From a candidate division WWE3 bacterium RIFCSPHIGHO2_01_FULL_42_13 (GTDB lineage Bacteria > Patescibacteriota > WWE3 > UBA101185 > UBA10185): a stretch of 64,000 bases of DNA. The position numbers and the translations under genes are program-made. Of this stretch, positions 52,934 to 61,554 are shown piece by piece. Position 1 is the first letter of the stretch. Each line of letters opens with the position of its first letter. The notes beneath the pieces are model-generated. The model was given only the letters and a program-made list of their open reading frames with translations, was not told the origin of the DNA and searched no databases. The stretch covers positions 27,839 to 91,838 of the forward strand of contig MEVA01000006.1 in assembly GCA_001772625.1 (NCBI GenBank), written 5' to 3'.

Positions 52934-55372
52934 ATGGATTCCACAAAGGAGCCCACCCCCCAGGTGCCCGAAGAGAGCATTAAAGAACAAGGCGCTGGAG
53001 ATAAAAACGATAGGAGTAAAAAGAAAATAAAAGCAGTGGTGTTGGTGCTTGCCCTTATCTTGATAGGTTTATTGGCGTTTTCCTACTTTTCCAAAGACAA
53101 CATGAACATAAGCATTCCCCAATCTTTCACAGCAGATTCTATGTTTGCTGAGTTTAAGTTGGCTAGCGCCCCGTTTCAAGCCAAAATTCCCGCCTACAGC
53201 ATTAACTACACGGAACTGACCAACCTTTTGGATTTTGAGAAAGATCAAGCTGCCCCCTTTTCTGCTGCTCAAAAAGCAGCGCTAAACCAGGACCATTTTT
53301 TTGTAGCGCCTAACTTAGACAGTTTTTATTTTTATGGCGTGGGCCCTAACGAACCCACCAGCCGCTCGGACGACTGGACTTACATGTATGAGAATATCAA
53401 GGGCTCTAGTCGAATATATGAAAGAGAGCCACAGGATGCAGTTTTTATAACTAGCGACTTCCTCCTTCATGTTTACCATCGATTACTGGAAAAGGAATTT
53501 GAGTTTATCGAGCAAACAGAGTTTTATCCAAGACTGCAGGCAATGACAGATTCGCTTTTTAGCCAGGCAGTTAGCGGGTATAACAGTGCGAAAGTTGGCA
53601 GTCGAGATAGAGAGAGTTTTGAACGTTTAATCGCTTTTTTTGCCGTTCCAAAAGCAATTCTGGATTCAGCGGGCAGTACCACCGTAGAACTTGCCCCTGG
53701 CTATGAGGATGTAAATCTGGCGGATACTGGAGCCGATACAGATGCGAACATTCTTAATACTTTGGAGTCTCTAAAATCTTTGATGCCCGAGTCTTCGTAC
53801 AATCTTGCCAAACAGGAATTGGAATTGGTTTTGGCCAAAAATGAGCTTAAAAGTTCTCCGATTTTTGGCCAGCTTTTGACAGCAAGTGGTTTGTCTGATC
53901 TTCATGATTACACGCAGTATGCTCCGAGAAGCCACTACAATAAAAATTCGATTCTAAGATCGTATTTTAAAACGATGATGTGGTATGGAAGAAGTAATTT
54001 TGCTCTAAGTAGCTCGGAATTAACAGGCGATGCTGTTCTTATTACAGCAATGCTTGCCCAAGGTAATCAGCTGGAAAATTGGGAGGCAATCTATGCTCCA
54101 ACCTCCTTTTTTGTTGGTAAAAGCGATGACCTGGGTGTTTATGAGTACAGCGAAGTTATGACAAAACTTGGAAGTGTAGATACCAACGATGCGGAATCGA
54201 TAAGCAAAGTTCAGCAGGAGCTAAAAAATTACCAAGGTCCCCAAATTATGTCCTCGGCTGTGTTTGGTGATGAGGTTTTTGATTTGACGAAGGAAGAACT
54301 TTTACAAAAAACTAAAGGTTTTAGGTTTATGGGCCAAAGATTTACGCCCGATGCTTTTATCTTTTCGTCCCTCACACAAGGTGACGAGTTGCCCGATCCC
54401 GAAACGGGGGAAAAGCTCCCAAGCAGCACAACGGCCTTGATGGTTATGAATATCTTGGGGAGCCAGAAGGCCAAGCCCTTGGTCGATCAGTGGATAAACC
54501 AAAACGCGCCTGCATCAAAAAATATTTTGGCAAAAAGACTTAGTGAACTAGAGCAGAGTTTCAGCACACTTACCGACGAAGACTGGACTCAAAATATTTA
54601 CTGGGGTTGGCTATATACAATTAAAAGCCTTTTTACGGAAACTTTAGATTTGGCGGGCTATCCTGAATTTATGAAGCGTGCCGCTTGGAATACAAAAAGT
54701 CTGCAGGCAGCTTTGGGTTCATGGACTGAGCTTAAGCACGATACTCTTCTTTATTCCAAGCAGTCATACGCGGAGATGGGAGCCGGAGGCGGTGAACCAG
54801 AGGTTCCGCCAGTACCGAAAGGCTATGTTGAGCCCAATATCCAGTTTTTAGACAGGCTCATTGCGCTTTCCGGAATGACAAGGGATGGTTTGATGAGCCG
54901 CAATTTATTAGGTAACGAGTTTCAATGGAGAAACGAAGAGTTTATCAGATGGTTAAACTTCTTAAGAGAAATTGCCGTAAAAGAGTTGCAAAACGAGGTA
55001 ATTTCGGATGATGATTTTGAGACACTGCGTGTAAGCCCAGTAATATTTTTTGACCGAATTTTGGGTCCCCTACCAAACGAAGAGCAGATAGAAAATAATG
55101 CCAGGTCGGCTTTAATAGCTGATGTGCATACTGATACTGTTAACGGTCAAATACTTTACGAAGCCACTGGAATCCCAAATTACATCTTTGTGGCTGTTAA
55201 GGACGCCAATGGCACAAGACTTACTAAGGGTTTGGTTTTCTCGTATTTTGAATTTAGCGGACCACTAACCGAGCGCCTTACCGACGAGGCCTGGAGGGAA
55301 CTAAACTATAAACTGGATAAAAGCGGCGTTCCCCCATCCCCCGCCTGGTCCACAACAATTGTTAAGCAGTAA
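52934..55372 (+). CDS. Large secreted/anchored protein, DUF3160-like
   Basis: TM anchor. YAPRSHYNKNSILRSYFKTMMWYGR resembles the DUF3160 core. ORF is open from 52916. Confidence 0.5.
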   Translation: MDSTKEPTPQVPEESIKEQGAGDKNDRSKKKIKAVVLVLALILIGLLAFSYFSKDNMNISIPQSFTADSMFAEFKLASAPFQAKIPAYSINYTELTNLLDFEKDQAAPFSAAQKAALNQDHFFVAPNLDSFYFYGVGPNEPTSRSDDWTYMYENIKGSSRIYEREPQDAVFITSDFLLHVYHRLLEKEFEFIEQTEFYPRLQAMTDSLFSQAVSGYNSAKVGSRDRESFERLIAFFAVPKAILDSAGSTTVELAPGYEDVNLADTGADTDANILNTLESLKSLMPESSYNLAKQELELVLAKNELKSSPIFGQLLTASGLSDLHDYTQYAPRSHYNKNSILRSYFKTMMWYGRSNFALSSSELTGDAVLITAMLAQGNQLENWEAIYAPTSFFVGKSDDLGVYEYSEVMTKLGSVDTNDAESISKVQQELKNYQGPQIMSSAVFGDEVFDLTKEELLQKTKGFRFMGQRFTPDAFIFSSLTQGDELPDPETGEKLPSSTTALMVMNILGSQKAKPLVDQWINQNAPASKNILAKRLSELEQSFSTLTDEDWTQNIYWGWLYTIKSLFTETLDLAGYPEFMKRAAWNTKSLQAALGSWTELKHDTLLYSKQSYAEMGAGGGEPEVPPVPKGYVEPNIQFLDRLIALSGMTRDGLMSRNLLGNEFQWRNEEFIRWLNFLREIAVKELQNEVISDDDFETLRVSPVIFFDRILGPLPNEEQIENNARSALIADVHTDTVNGQILYEATGIPNYIFVAVKDANGTRLTKGLVFSYFEFSGPLTERLTDEAWRELNYKLDKSGVPPSPAWSTTIVKQ

Positions 55373-57066
55373 TGGGCTTTAGAAGATTCACCTTTACCAT
55401 AATTGCGCTTTTGCTTTTGGCTATAGTAGCGGCATGGATTTTAAACTTTAGCACCACCGAAAAGGATTCAGACCCGTCATCCAAAGACTACCCCCTTAGC
55501 AGTTTTTATGAGAATAAAGAAGATTATGAAGTTTCATTCAGCAAAGTTTCTAATTTAACAAAGGAACAAGTTTTAGCCGGTATAACCTCCCACCATTTTT
55601 TAGCAAAAGATTTAATAGCGAATTTTTTTTTGGGGATTAATCCTGAAGGTATTGAAAATGTGTTTATTGTAGGCCCGGATCACTACAGCGCGCTAAACGG
55701 TTCCGAAATTTACGCCGCAACCACGCGGCTTAATTGGGAAACACCTTACGGTAGGTATAAACCAAACGCTCGCGTTATTAGTGCGCTTTTGGGTATTGAG
55801 GGCTTTGGCGAAAATGACTTAGTTTTCAGGCGTGAGCACTCAATATATACACTCGTCCCTTTCGCAAAGAAAGCTTTTCCCAACGCAAAAATAATTCCAA
55901 TAGTGCTTAAAAACAGTAAGGATTACCAAATGTTTTATGATTTGGGTGGCCGTGCTTTTAGAAAAAACAGCTTGTTAATTGCGAGTATCGATTTTTCTCA
56001 TGTGGCTACGGAGGAAACCGCATATCAAAACGATCTGGAAAGTATCAGAGCTCTCGTAAGCGCCGATTTGGAAAACCTTGGAAGTATCGAAGCTGACTGC
56101 AGGCAATGCGTTGCGTTTTTGTATGGATTTTTATCCGGCACCCCGTCAAGGTTTAAGCTGATTGAAAATAAAGATTCGTCAGATTACGGAAGTACCGAGG
56201 AAAACAACTTGACCAGCTACGTAAGTGGATATTTTGTGAACGATAACATAAGAATTTTGTTTGGAGGAGACCTTATGTTTGACCGTTATATTAGGCAAGT
56301 CGCCCAAAACAAGGGTAACGATTTTATTCTAAAAAATACCATCAAATACCTGCTGGACAAAGATCTTGTTGTTGTTAATTTGGAAGGGCCCGTCACAACT
56401 TTTGAGTCTATTAGCGTTGGTAGTAAAATTGGTGCCCCGGATAACTTCGTATTTACTTTCCCGCCCGCAGTAGCAGATGTTTTAGCAACGCATAATATTA
56501 AGCTTGTAAATATTGGCAATAATCATATTTTGAACTTTGGGTGGGAGGGTTTAAATCAAACCAAAAAGTTTCTACTGGACAAAAATATTAGTTTCTTCGG
56601 CAACACAGGCACCCCCAACGACCAAACCAGATTTAAAACTGTAGAAATTAAAGGAAAAAAGATAGCTTTTGTTAATTACAATCAGTTTACCGCAGGTTCC
56701 GTAGAGGCAGTTTTAGAGGATTTAAACCAGGTAAAGGACGGCACCGACTTCATAATAATTTATACACACTGGGGTGATGAGTATAGCAATGAAATAAGGC
56801 AGCCTTTCCGGGATTTGGCGCACAAACTAATAGATTCCGGCGCAGACCTTATAATCGGGTCGCACCCGCACGTGGTACAGGAAAAAGAAATTTATAACGG
56901 AAAAACTATTTATTACTCGCTTGGGAATCTTGTTTTTGATCAGTACTTTAGTGAGGAAACAAAAAAGGGGCTTATGGTTGAGCTAAACATAGACTTAAGC
57001 GACGGCTCTACAGGACTTTTGGAGCATTATATTAATTTGGATGAGGGCGGGCAAACGTTATGGTAA
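55372..57066 (+). CDS. Fusion protein: Memo/AmmeMemoRadiSam-B-like domain plus CapA-family (PGA_cap) metallophosphatase domain
   Basis: N-terminal half: ITSHHF...VGPDHYS...WETPYG...REHSIY...SIDFSHV. C-terminal half: FGGDLMFDRYIR...NLEGPVT...IGNNHILNFG...GSHPHVVQ. ATG overlaps the upstream TAA (TAATG). Confidence 0.65.
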   Translation: MGFRRFTFTIIALLLLAIVAAWILNFSTTEKDSDPSSKDYPLSSFYENKEDYEVSFSKVSNLTKEQVLAGITSHHFLAKDLIANFFLGINPEGIENVFIVGPDHYSALNGSEIYAATTRLNWETPYGRYKPNARVISALLGIEGFGENDLVFRREHSIYTLVPFAKKAFPNAKIIPIVLKNSKDYQMFYDLGGRAFRKNSLLIASIDFSHVATEETAYQNDLESIRALVSADLENLGSIEADCRQCVAFLYGFLSGTPSRFKLIENKDSSDYGSTEENNLTSYVSGYFVNDNIRILFGGDLMFDRYIRQVAQNKGNDFILKNTIKYLLDKDLVVVNLEGPVTTFESISVGSKIGAPDNFVFTFPPAVADVLATHNIKLVNIGNNHILNFGWEGLNQTKKFLLDKNISFFGNTGTPNDQTRFKTVEIKGKKIAFVNYNQFTAGSVEAVLEDLNQVKDGTDFIIIYTHWGDEYSNEIRQPFRDLAHKLIDSGADLIIGSHPHVVQEKEIYNGKTIYYSLGNLVFDQYFSEETKKGLMVELNIDLSDGSTGLLEHYINLDEGGQTLW

Positions 57067-57102
57067 GCAAATTGCGGTAAAAAAGGGACCTTTAGAAATA
57101 TC

Positions 57103-57564
57103 TTACAGGAGGTGATAGATTAGCTCCATTAATATGAGAAATATATAAAAGTAGAGGGCTATAGTAAGGTTACGAATAATTTCTTTTCCGAAGCCATCGA
57201 AATTCTTTTCGACACGCACCCACGTCAATCTCCCCCAACCCACAAAAAAGATTTGTAAAGACCCGTCTTTTAAGAAACTTCCTAAGTTTTTATAATCCCT
57301 TCTCCACCAATCTCCAGTCGTGTTTATTCCGGTGACCACTCTTGCAATACAGTCATTAATAGTAAGAAAACTAAATACAAAAGCGGGAACGCGAAGCAAT
57401 ATAAATATTACCTCTACGTTCAATGAGCTATTCTGTAAATAAACAAAAAGAAGGTAAACAACCAAAGTACTAATAAAAATCGAGGTAAAACCTTGCGTTA
57501 AGAAAACAATAAAATACTTACTCCAAAACTTTTTATACCCGTCTTTCAATGTAGTATATGCCAT
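57103..57564 (-). CDS. Polytopic membrane protein, unknown function
   Basis: 153-aa hydrophobic ORF. Confidence 0.5.
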   Translation of the reverse strand: MAYTTLKDGYKKFWSKYFIVFLTQGFTSIFISTLVVYLLFVYLQNSSLNVEVIFILLRVPAFVFSFLTINDCIARVVTGINTTGDWWRRDYKNLGSFLKDGSLQIFFVGWGRLTWVRVEKNFDGFGKEIIRNLTIALYFYIFLILMELIYHLL

Positions 57565-57590
57565 GTGCCTTTAATTATATCAATACTCTA

Positions 57591-57645
57591 ACAAAAAGGA
57601 CTTCAAGCGGTTGATAGTGTAATCAACAATGTTCGCTTGAAGTCC
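57591..57645 (-). terminator. Rho-independent terminator of the tRNA operon
   Basis: 12-bp perfect stem GGACTTCAAGCG (57598-57609) / CGCTTGAAGTCC (57634-57645), followed on the minus strand by TTTTT. Confidence 0.7.
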
Positions 57646-57799
57646 ATAATTCCGATCCAGGCAGCAGGTGGTAGCCAACAACAGCGATATTCCGCGGAGA
57701 CGGTTTCGCGCTCTGCTACCTGGAAAGAGGGAGGGGCCGGCGGAGACTAACAGGGCTTGTGCGACCAGCAAAAGCACTTTTTTCCGCTACCCAAACCAA
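57646..57799 (-). ncRNA. G+C-rich ORF-free trailer cotranscribed with the tRNAs; candidate structured RNA, class unknown
   Basis: Lies between the tRNA-Gly 3' end and the operon terminator. Contains paired segments GGTAGC...GCTACC and AGCG...CGCT. The listed ORFs here are judged spurious. Confidence 0.3.
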
Positions 57800-57875
57800 A
57801 TGCCCCGACAGGAATCGAACCTGTGACCTTCTCCTTGGCAAGGAGACGCTCCAAACACCGCTGAGCTACGGGGCA
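57800..57875 (-). tRNA. tRNA-Gly(GCC), no encoded CCA
   Basis: Hand fold. Acceptor TGCCCCG/CGGGGCA (U1:A72), D-stem GCTC/GAGC, anticodon loop TTGCCAA, T-arm ACAGG-TTCGATT-CCTGT, discriminator U. Confidence 0.85.
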
Positions 57876-57954
57876 ATTTTGAACCCAGGCAGCGATTGGC
57901 TGGTCTTGCACCGCGAGGTGAGCCATCAAGAGCCAGACGCCTGCTGCCTGGGAA
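57876..57954 (-). other. Structured 79-nt inter-tRNA spacer
   Basis: 10-bp stem CCCAGGCAGC / GCTGCCTGGG encloses about 46 nt. It shares the CCAGGCAGCAGG element with the trailer at 57657-57668. Confidence 0.4.
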
Positions 57955-58028
57955 TGGGCCCGGAAGGACTTGAACCTTCGACTTCCGAGTTGTGAACTTG
58001 GCGCTCTAGCCAACTGAGCTACGGGCCC
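57955..58028 (-). tRNA. tRNA-Val(CAC), no encoded CCA
   Basis: Hand fold. Acceptor GGGCCCG/CGGGCCC, anticodon loop TTCACAA (one A-C mismatch in the anticodon stem), T-arm GAAGG-TTCAAGT-CCTTC, discriminator A. Confidence 0.9.
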
Positions 58029-58072
58029 TTTTGGAATTTGAGAAATTTGTTCAAATTCCCATTCGCCGTGAA

Positions 58073-58101
58073 AGTTTATGACGAAATAAAGCCTCTGTCA
58101 A
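58073..58101 (-). promoter_or_regulatory. Sigma70-type promoter TTGACA-17 nt-TAAACT for the tRNA operon
   Basis: Minus-strand TTGACA (58096-58101), a 17-nt spacer, then TAAACT (58073-58078). About 45 nt upstream of tRNA-Val. Confidence 0.5.
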
Positions 58102-58105
58102 TTCG

Positions 58106-60175
58106 CTAATTTTGGGCGACTTGCGTGTTTCGAGTTTCTTTAAGTTTTTCTTTCAGTTTTGGATATTTGCTAAGCTTTGAGTAATAACTTTCCGCGTCCA
58201 CCTTCGCTGCTTCTAAAGCTTCAAAGTCCGAAGGATCGGCAACCTTAAATTCCACAAATCCATGCTGCATTGTGCCGTACAAATCGCCTTGTCCTCGTAG
58301 CCCCATGTCTATTTCGGCAAGTTTTAGGCCCGAATGGTATTTTTCGAGGTTTTTAAGCCTCTGAAAGCCTGTTTTTGAGTATTTAGACATGAAAAGCAGG
58401 CAATAGGCCTGCTGCCCGGTTCGCCCTACCCTACCCCTTAACTGGTGCAAGGAGGCTAAACCATACCTTTCGGCGCTTTCAATCATCATTATGGTTGCGT
58501 CAGGTATATCTATCCCTACTTCTATTACCGGCGTAGCAACTAAAGCCTGCAACTTGCCGCCCCTAAACCTACTTACAATATCTTCTTTCTCTTTTGCTTT
58601 CATCCGGCCGTGGAGAAGCCCAACGGTTAGGTTTTTAAAGGGCCCGTTTCTTAAACTTTCGAATTCAACCTCAGCTGCCCTTACATTTTCAAGCATTTCA
58701 TGGTCCGAAGCTTCTATTAAAGGGCAAACTACAAATATGGGTACATTTTGTGTACTTGCCCACCCGTATGCGTCCGCCCGTTTTTTCTCACTAAGTATCC
58801 AAGTTTTTATATTGTCATATCGAGATTTATGGGGCTTTACCGATGAAATGTCCAGATCTCCATAAAGAGTAAGTGCCAAGGTTCGTGGAATTGGAGTTGC
58901 GGTCATGGTTAGCAAATGCGGAATTTTTCCCTTAGTACCAAGCTCCAAAAGCTTAGCTCTTTGCTCCACCCCAAACCTTTGTTGTTCATCAATCACAATT
59001 AAACCTACATCTTTAATTTTTTCTTCAAGATAAATAAGCGCGTGGGTTCCAATAATTATATCCGCGCCTTCAGGGAGTTTTTTCGAGGTTTTTGTTGCTT
59101 TCGTTGCGCCTGTTAGTAAAATCACCTTAGCCCCCAGGGGCTCAAGATAGTTTTTAAGGGTTTCAAACTGCTGTTGGGCTAGAATCTCGGTTGGAGCCAT
59201 ATAAAGCGTCTTGTAGCCGTTTAGATAGGCAAAATAGGCTGAAATTACCGCCACAACCGTCTTTCCCACCCCCGTGTCCCCTTCCAAAAGCCTGTTCATT
59301 GGGTGTTTTGCTACCATATCGTTAAAAATTGTTTCAAGAGCTTCTTTCTGCGACTCGGTTAAAGCAAATGGTAGCGAGCTTGTAAACGCGTTAAGTTTCT
59401 TCTCAACCTTTCCATCGCGAACCATCTCATGCCCTTTCAAATCGTCTTCCCAGGCATCTTTTCGACCCTCAACTTTTAAAAGTTCCACAAACAATTCTTC
59501 ATACGCAAAACGCTTTTTTGCCTCACTTGCCTCTTCAAGCGAGTCCGGAAAATGAAATGTTCTTAAAGCTTTTTCAAAACCCATAAATCCGTATTTATCC
59601 AAAACGCTTTCCGGCAAAAATTCCTCCAGATCTGCCAAACCTCCGAGTACGGTCAAAACTTCGCTGATTCTTGTTCGCAGCCACTTTGAACTAACGCCGT
59701 AAGTTTCAGGATAAATCGGAACCAGCCTTCCCGTATGTACCGAACTGCCCGCCCCATCGCCATCTTCATTTCCCAGCCGCTCTATCTGCGGACTTACAAA
59801 GCCAAGCTTTCCACCTGAAATCCCAACCCTTCCGCTAACGCCGTACCTTTCTCCAACGAGTAGATTTTTCTTTATGTAGTGCATATTAAACCAAATGGCG
59901 CCAATCTTTCCCGTTTCGTCTGAAAATATAGCTTTGGTGATTTTTTTGCGGTTTCGGGTAAAAATGTTGTCGACTGAATTAAGGGTTGCAGTAATAGTAA
60001 CCACGTCATTTAGCACAAGTTCCACAACAGGCTTTGTCTGGCTTAAATCGTCGTATCTAAAGGGAAAGTGATATAGCAGGTCACGGACAGTTTTGATCCC
60101 AAGTTTTTCCAAAAGAGTTTTGTATTTTGGTCCAATCTTTGGAACTGCGGTTACGGGAGAGTTTAGGTTCATCAT
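58106..60175 (-). CDS. recG: ATP-dependent DNA helicase RecG
   Basis: Wedge domain, then LTESQKEALETI...LLEGDTGVGKTVVA...DEQQRFGV...TATPIPRT. TGCTAAAAT sits 4 and 7 nt upstream of the tandem ATGs, so the second ATG (60172) may be the true start. Confidence 0.95.
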   Translation of the reverse strand: MMNLNSPVTAVPKIGPKYKTLLEKLGIKTVRDLLYHFPFRYDDLSQTKPVVELVLNDVVTITATLNSVDNIFTRNRKKITKAIFSDETGKIGAIWFNMHYIKKNLLVGERYGVSGRVGISGGKLGFVSPQIERLGNEDGDGAGSSVHTGRLVPIYPETYGVSSKWLRTRISEVLTVLGGLADLEEFLPESVLDKYGFMGFEKALRTFHFPDSLEEASEAKKRFAYEELFVELLKVEGRKDAWEDDLKGHEMVRDGKVEKKLNAFTSSLPFALTESQKEALETIFNDMVAKHPMNRLLEGDTGVGKTVVAVISAYFAYLNGYKTLYMAPTEILAQQQFETLKNYLEPLGAKVILLTGATKATKTSKKLPEGADIIIGTHALIYLEEKIKDVGLIVIDEQQRFGVEQRAKLLELGTKGKIPHLLTMTATPIPRTLALTLYGDLDISSVKPHKSRYDNIKTWILSEKKRADAYGWASTQNVPIFVVCPLIEASDHEMLENVRAAEVEFESLRNGPFKNLTVGLLHGRMKAKEKEDIVSRFRGGKLQALVATPVIEVGIDIPDATIMMIESAERYGLASLHQLRGRVGRTGQQAYCLLFMSKYSKTGFQRLKNLEKYHSGLKLAEIDMGLRGQGDLYGTMQHGFVEFKVADPSDFEALEAAKVDAESYYSKLSKYPKLKEKLKETRNTQVAQN

Positions 60176-60196
60176 TGTTATTTTAGCAGTTGAGAC

Positions 60197-60355
60197 CTAG
60201 CGATAAAGGATATAAGGCAATGTGTAGCTTGCGATAAGCAAAAGGCCCGAGATTAGAATTAAAGCTTTGGTCATAACCTTTTTGTTAAAAATCTTTTTGA
60301 GAACGTGCCTCAGCATTTTTTTAATCTCTTTTATTTTTTGTTTATCTAAACTCAT
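60197..60355 (-). CDS. Possible small membrane protein (52 aa), absent from the ORF track
   Basis: Hand translation gives MSLDKQKIKEIKKMLRHVLKKIFNKKVMTKALILISGLLLIASYTLPYILYR*. The ATG(s) overlap the tyrS stop (AAATGATGAG). It fills the tyrS-recG gap. Confidence 0.3.
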   Translation of the reverse strand: MSLDKQKIKEIKKMLRHVLKKIFNKKVMTKALILISGLLLIASYTLPYILYR

Positions 60356-61554
60356 CATTTGATTTTTGCGAAAACCCTCTTGCCAAATTTTAAGACATCG
60401 CCCGACTTATTTTCTATCATTTCGGTAGGATCGGTTATGCGGATGCCGTTTACCTCTACCCCACCTTGTCTTATCGTACGCTTAATTTCAGATGAAGAAA
60501 CGCTTTCGCCAAGGGCCAATTTTAAAGTATCAAAAAGCGTGGAATTGCCCTGCACATCAACCACAATCATCTCATCTGGAAGCTCCTTCATCTGAACTGT
60601 TCTTTCAAATCGTGCCTGGGTTTCAGCCGCCACATTTTCACCGTGGTAAAAACTTACAACCTCTTTTGCTAAGCGTTTCTTAAACTCCATCGGGTTCGCT
60701 CCGTGCTTAACCTCGGACTTCATCTCGGCAATTTCTTCCATCGGAACACGCGTTACAAGTTCGAAGTATTCAAAGATCACATCATCAACTATCGACATTA
60801 TTTTGCCGAACATGTCGTTTGGTGTGTCATTAACTGGAATAAAATTTTTAAGGCTTTTGCCCATTGGACGGCCATCGTTGCCCGTTAAAAGCCTCATCAC
60901 CACCGCGGACTGCGGTTGCAGGCCAAAGACAGGCATAATTTTTCGTCCGGCGAGAAGGTTAAAAGTTTGCTCGGTCCCACCAAATTCCACATCGCACTCT
61001 AAAGCCACGGAATCGTAACCTTGCATTAGCGGGTACATAAATTCATCTAAGCCTATTGGATTTTTCTTTTTGAAACGCTGCATGAAGGTATCGCGTTCTA
61101 GCATCTGCGCAATTGTAAATTGTTTCGCAAGCCCGATCACATCGTTAAAATTTAGTTTTTGTAACCATTCTGAGTTGTGACGAATTTCAGTTTGGGCCTC
61201 AATTACAGTTTTGAAAAACTGTTCTTTGTACGTTTCTTCATTTTGGGCAATTTCTGCCGCCGAAGTTTCCTCGCGCATATCCACCTTGTCCGAATGATCC
61301 CCAACCAAAGTTGTAAAGTCGCCAATAATAAGAGTTACTTTGTGCCCAAGTTCTTGAAAATCGCGAAGTTTTCTATGAACAACCGTATGCCCAAGATGAA
61401 GGTTTGGGCCGGTAACATCAGTTCCAAGCTTTAAGTGGAGTTGGCGGCCGCTTTTTAGTTTTTTACGAAGTTCTTCTTTGGTGAAAATTTCATGGACGCC
61501 ACGAGTTAAGATTTCATCGATCTTTTTTGAGTCAGTATTTGTGGCTTTTGGCAT
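60355..61554 (-). CDS. tyrS: Tyrosine--tRNA ligase
   Basis: HLGH motif, GGTEQTFNLLAGR, PMGKS (KMSKS-like), and a C-terminal S4 domain. TATACT sits 6 nt upstream of the ATG. Confidence 0.95.
   Translation of the reverse strand: MPKATNTDSKKIDEILTRGVHEIFTKEELRKKLKSGRQLHLKLGTDVTGPNLHLGHTVVHRKLRDFQELGHKVTLIIGDFTTLVGDHSDKVDMREETSAAEIAQNEETYKEQFFKTVIEAQTEIRHNSEWLQKLNFNDVIGLAKQFTIAQMLERDTFMQRFKKKNPIGLDEFMYPLMQGYDSVALECDVEFGGTEQTFNLLAGRKIMPVFGLQPQSAVVMRLLTGNDGRPMGKSLKNFIPVNDTPNDMFGKIMSIVDDVIFEYFELVTRVPMEEIAEMKSEVKHGANPMEFKKRLAKEVVSFYHGENVAAETQARFERTVQMKELPDEMIVVDVQGNSTLFDTLKLALGESVSSSEIKRTIRQGGVEVNGIRITDPTEMIENKSGDVLKFGKRVFAKIK

Noticed and set aside
55623-55631. A T9 homopolymer followed by G4 inside the Memo/CapA fusion gene, considered as a slipped-strand phase-variation switch.
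   Set aside because: It encodes an in-frame Phe-Phe-Leu within a conserved-looking segment. Runs of 7-9 A or T occur elsewhere in this AT-rich window (for example 48381 and 63741). There is no evidence of variable length from a single sequence.
57747-58013. ORFs of 88, 78 and 65 aa over the tRNA operon region.
   Set aside because: They overlap two hand-folded tRNA genes and the structured spacer. They have no ribosome-binding or leaderless promoter context.
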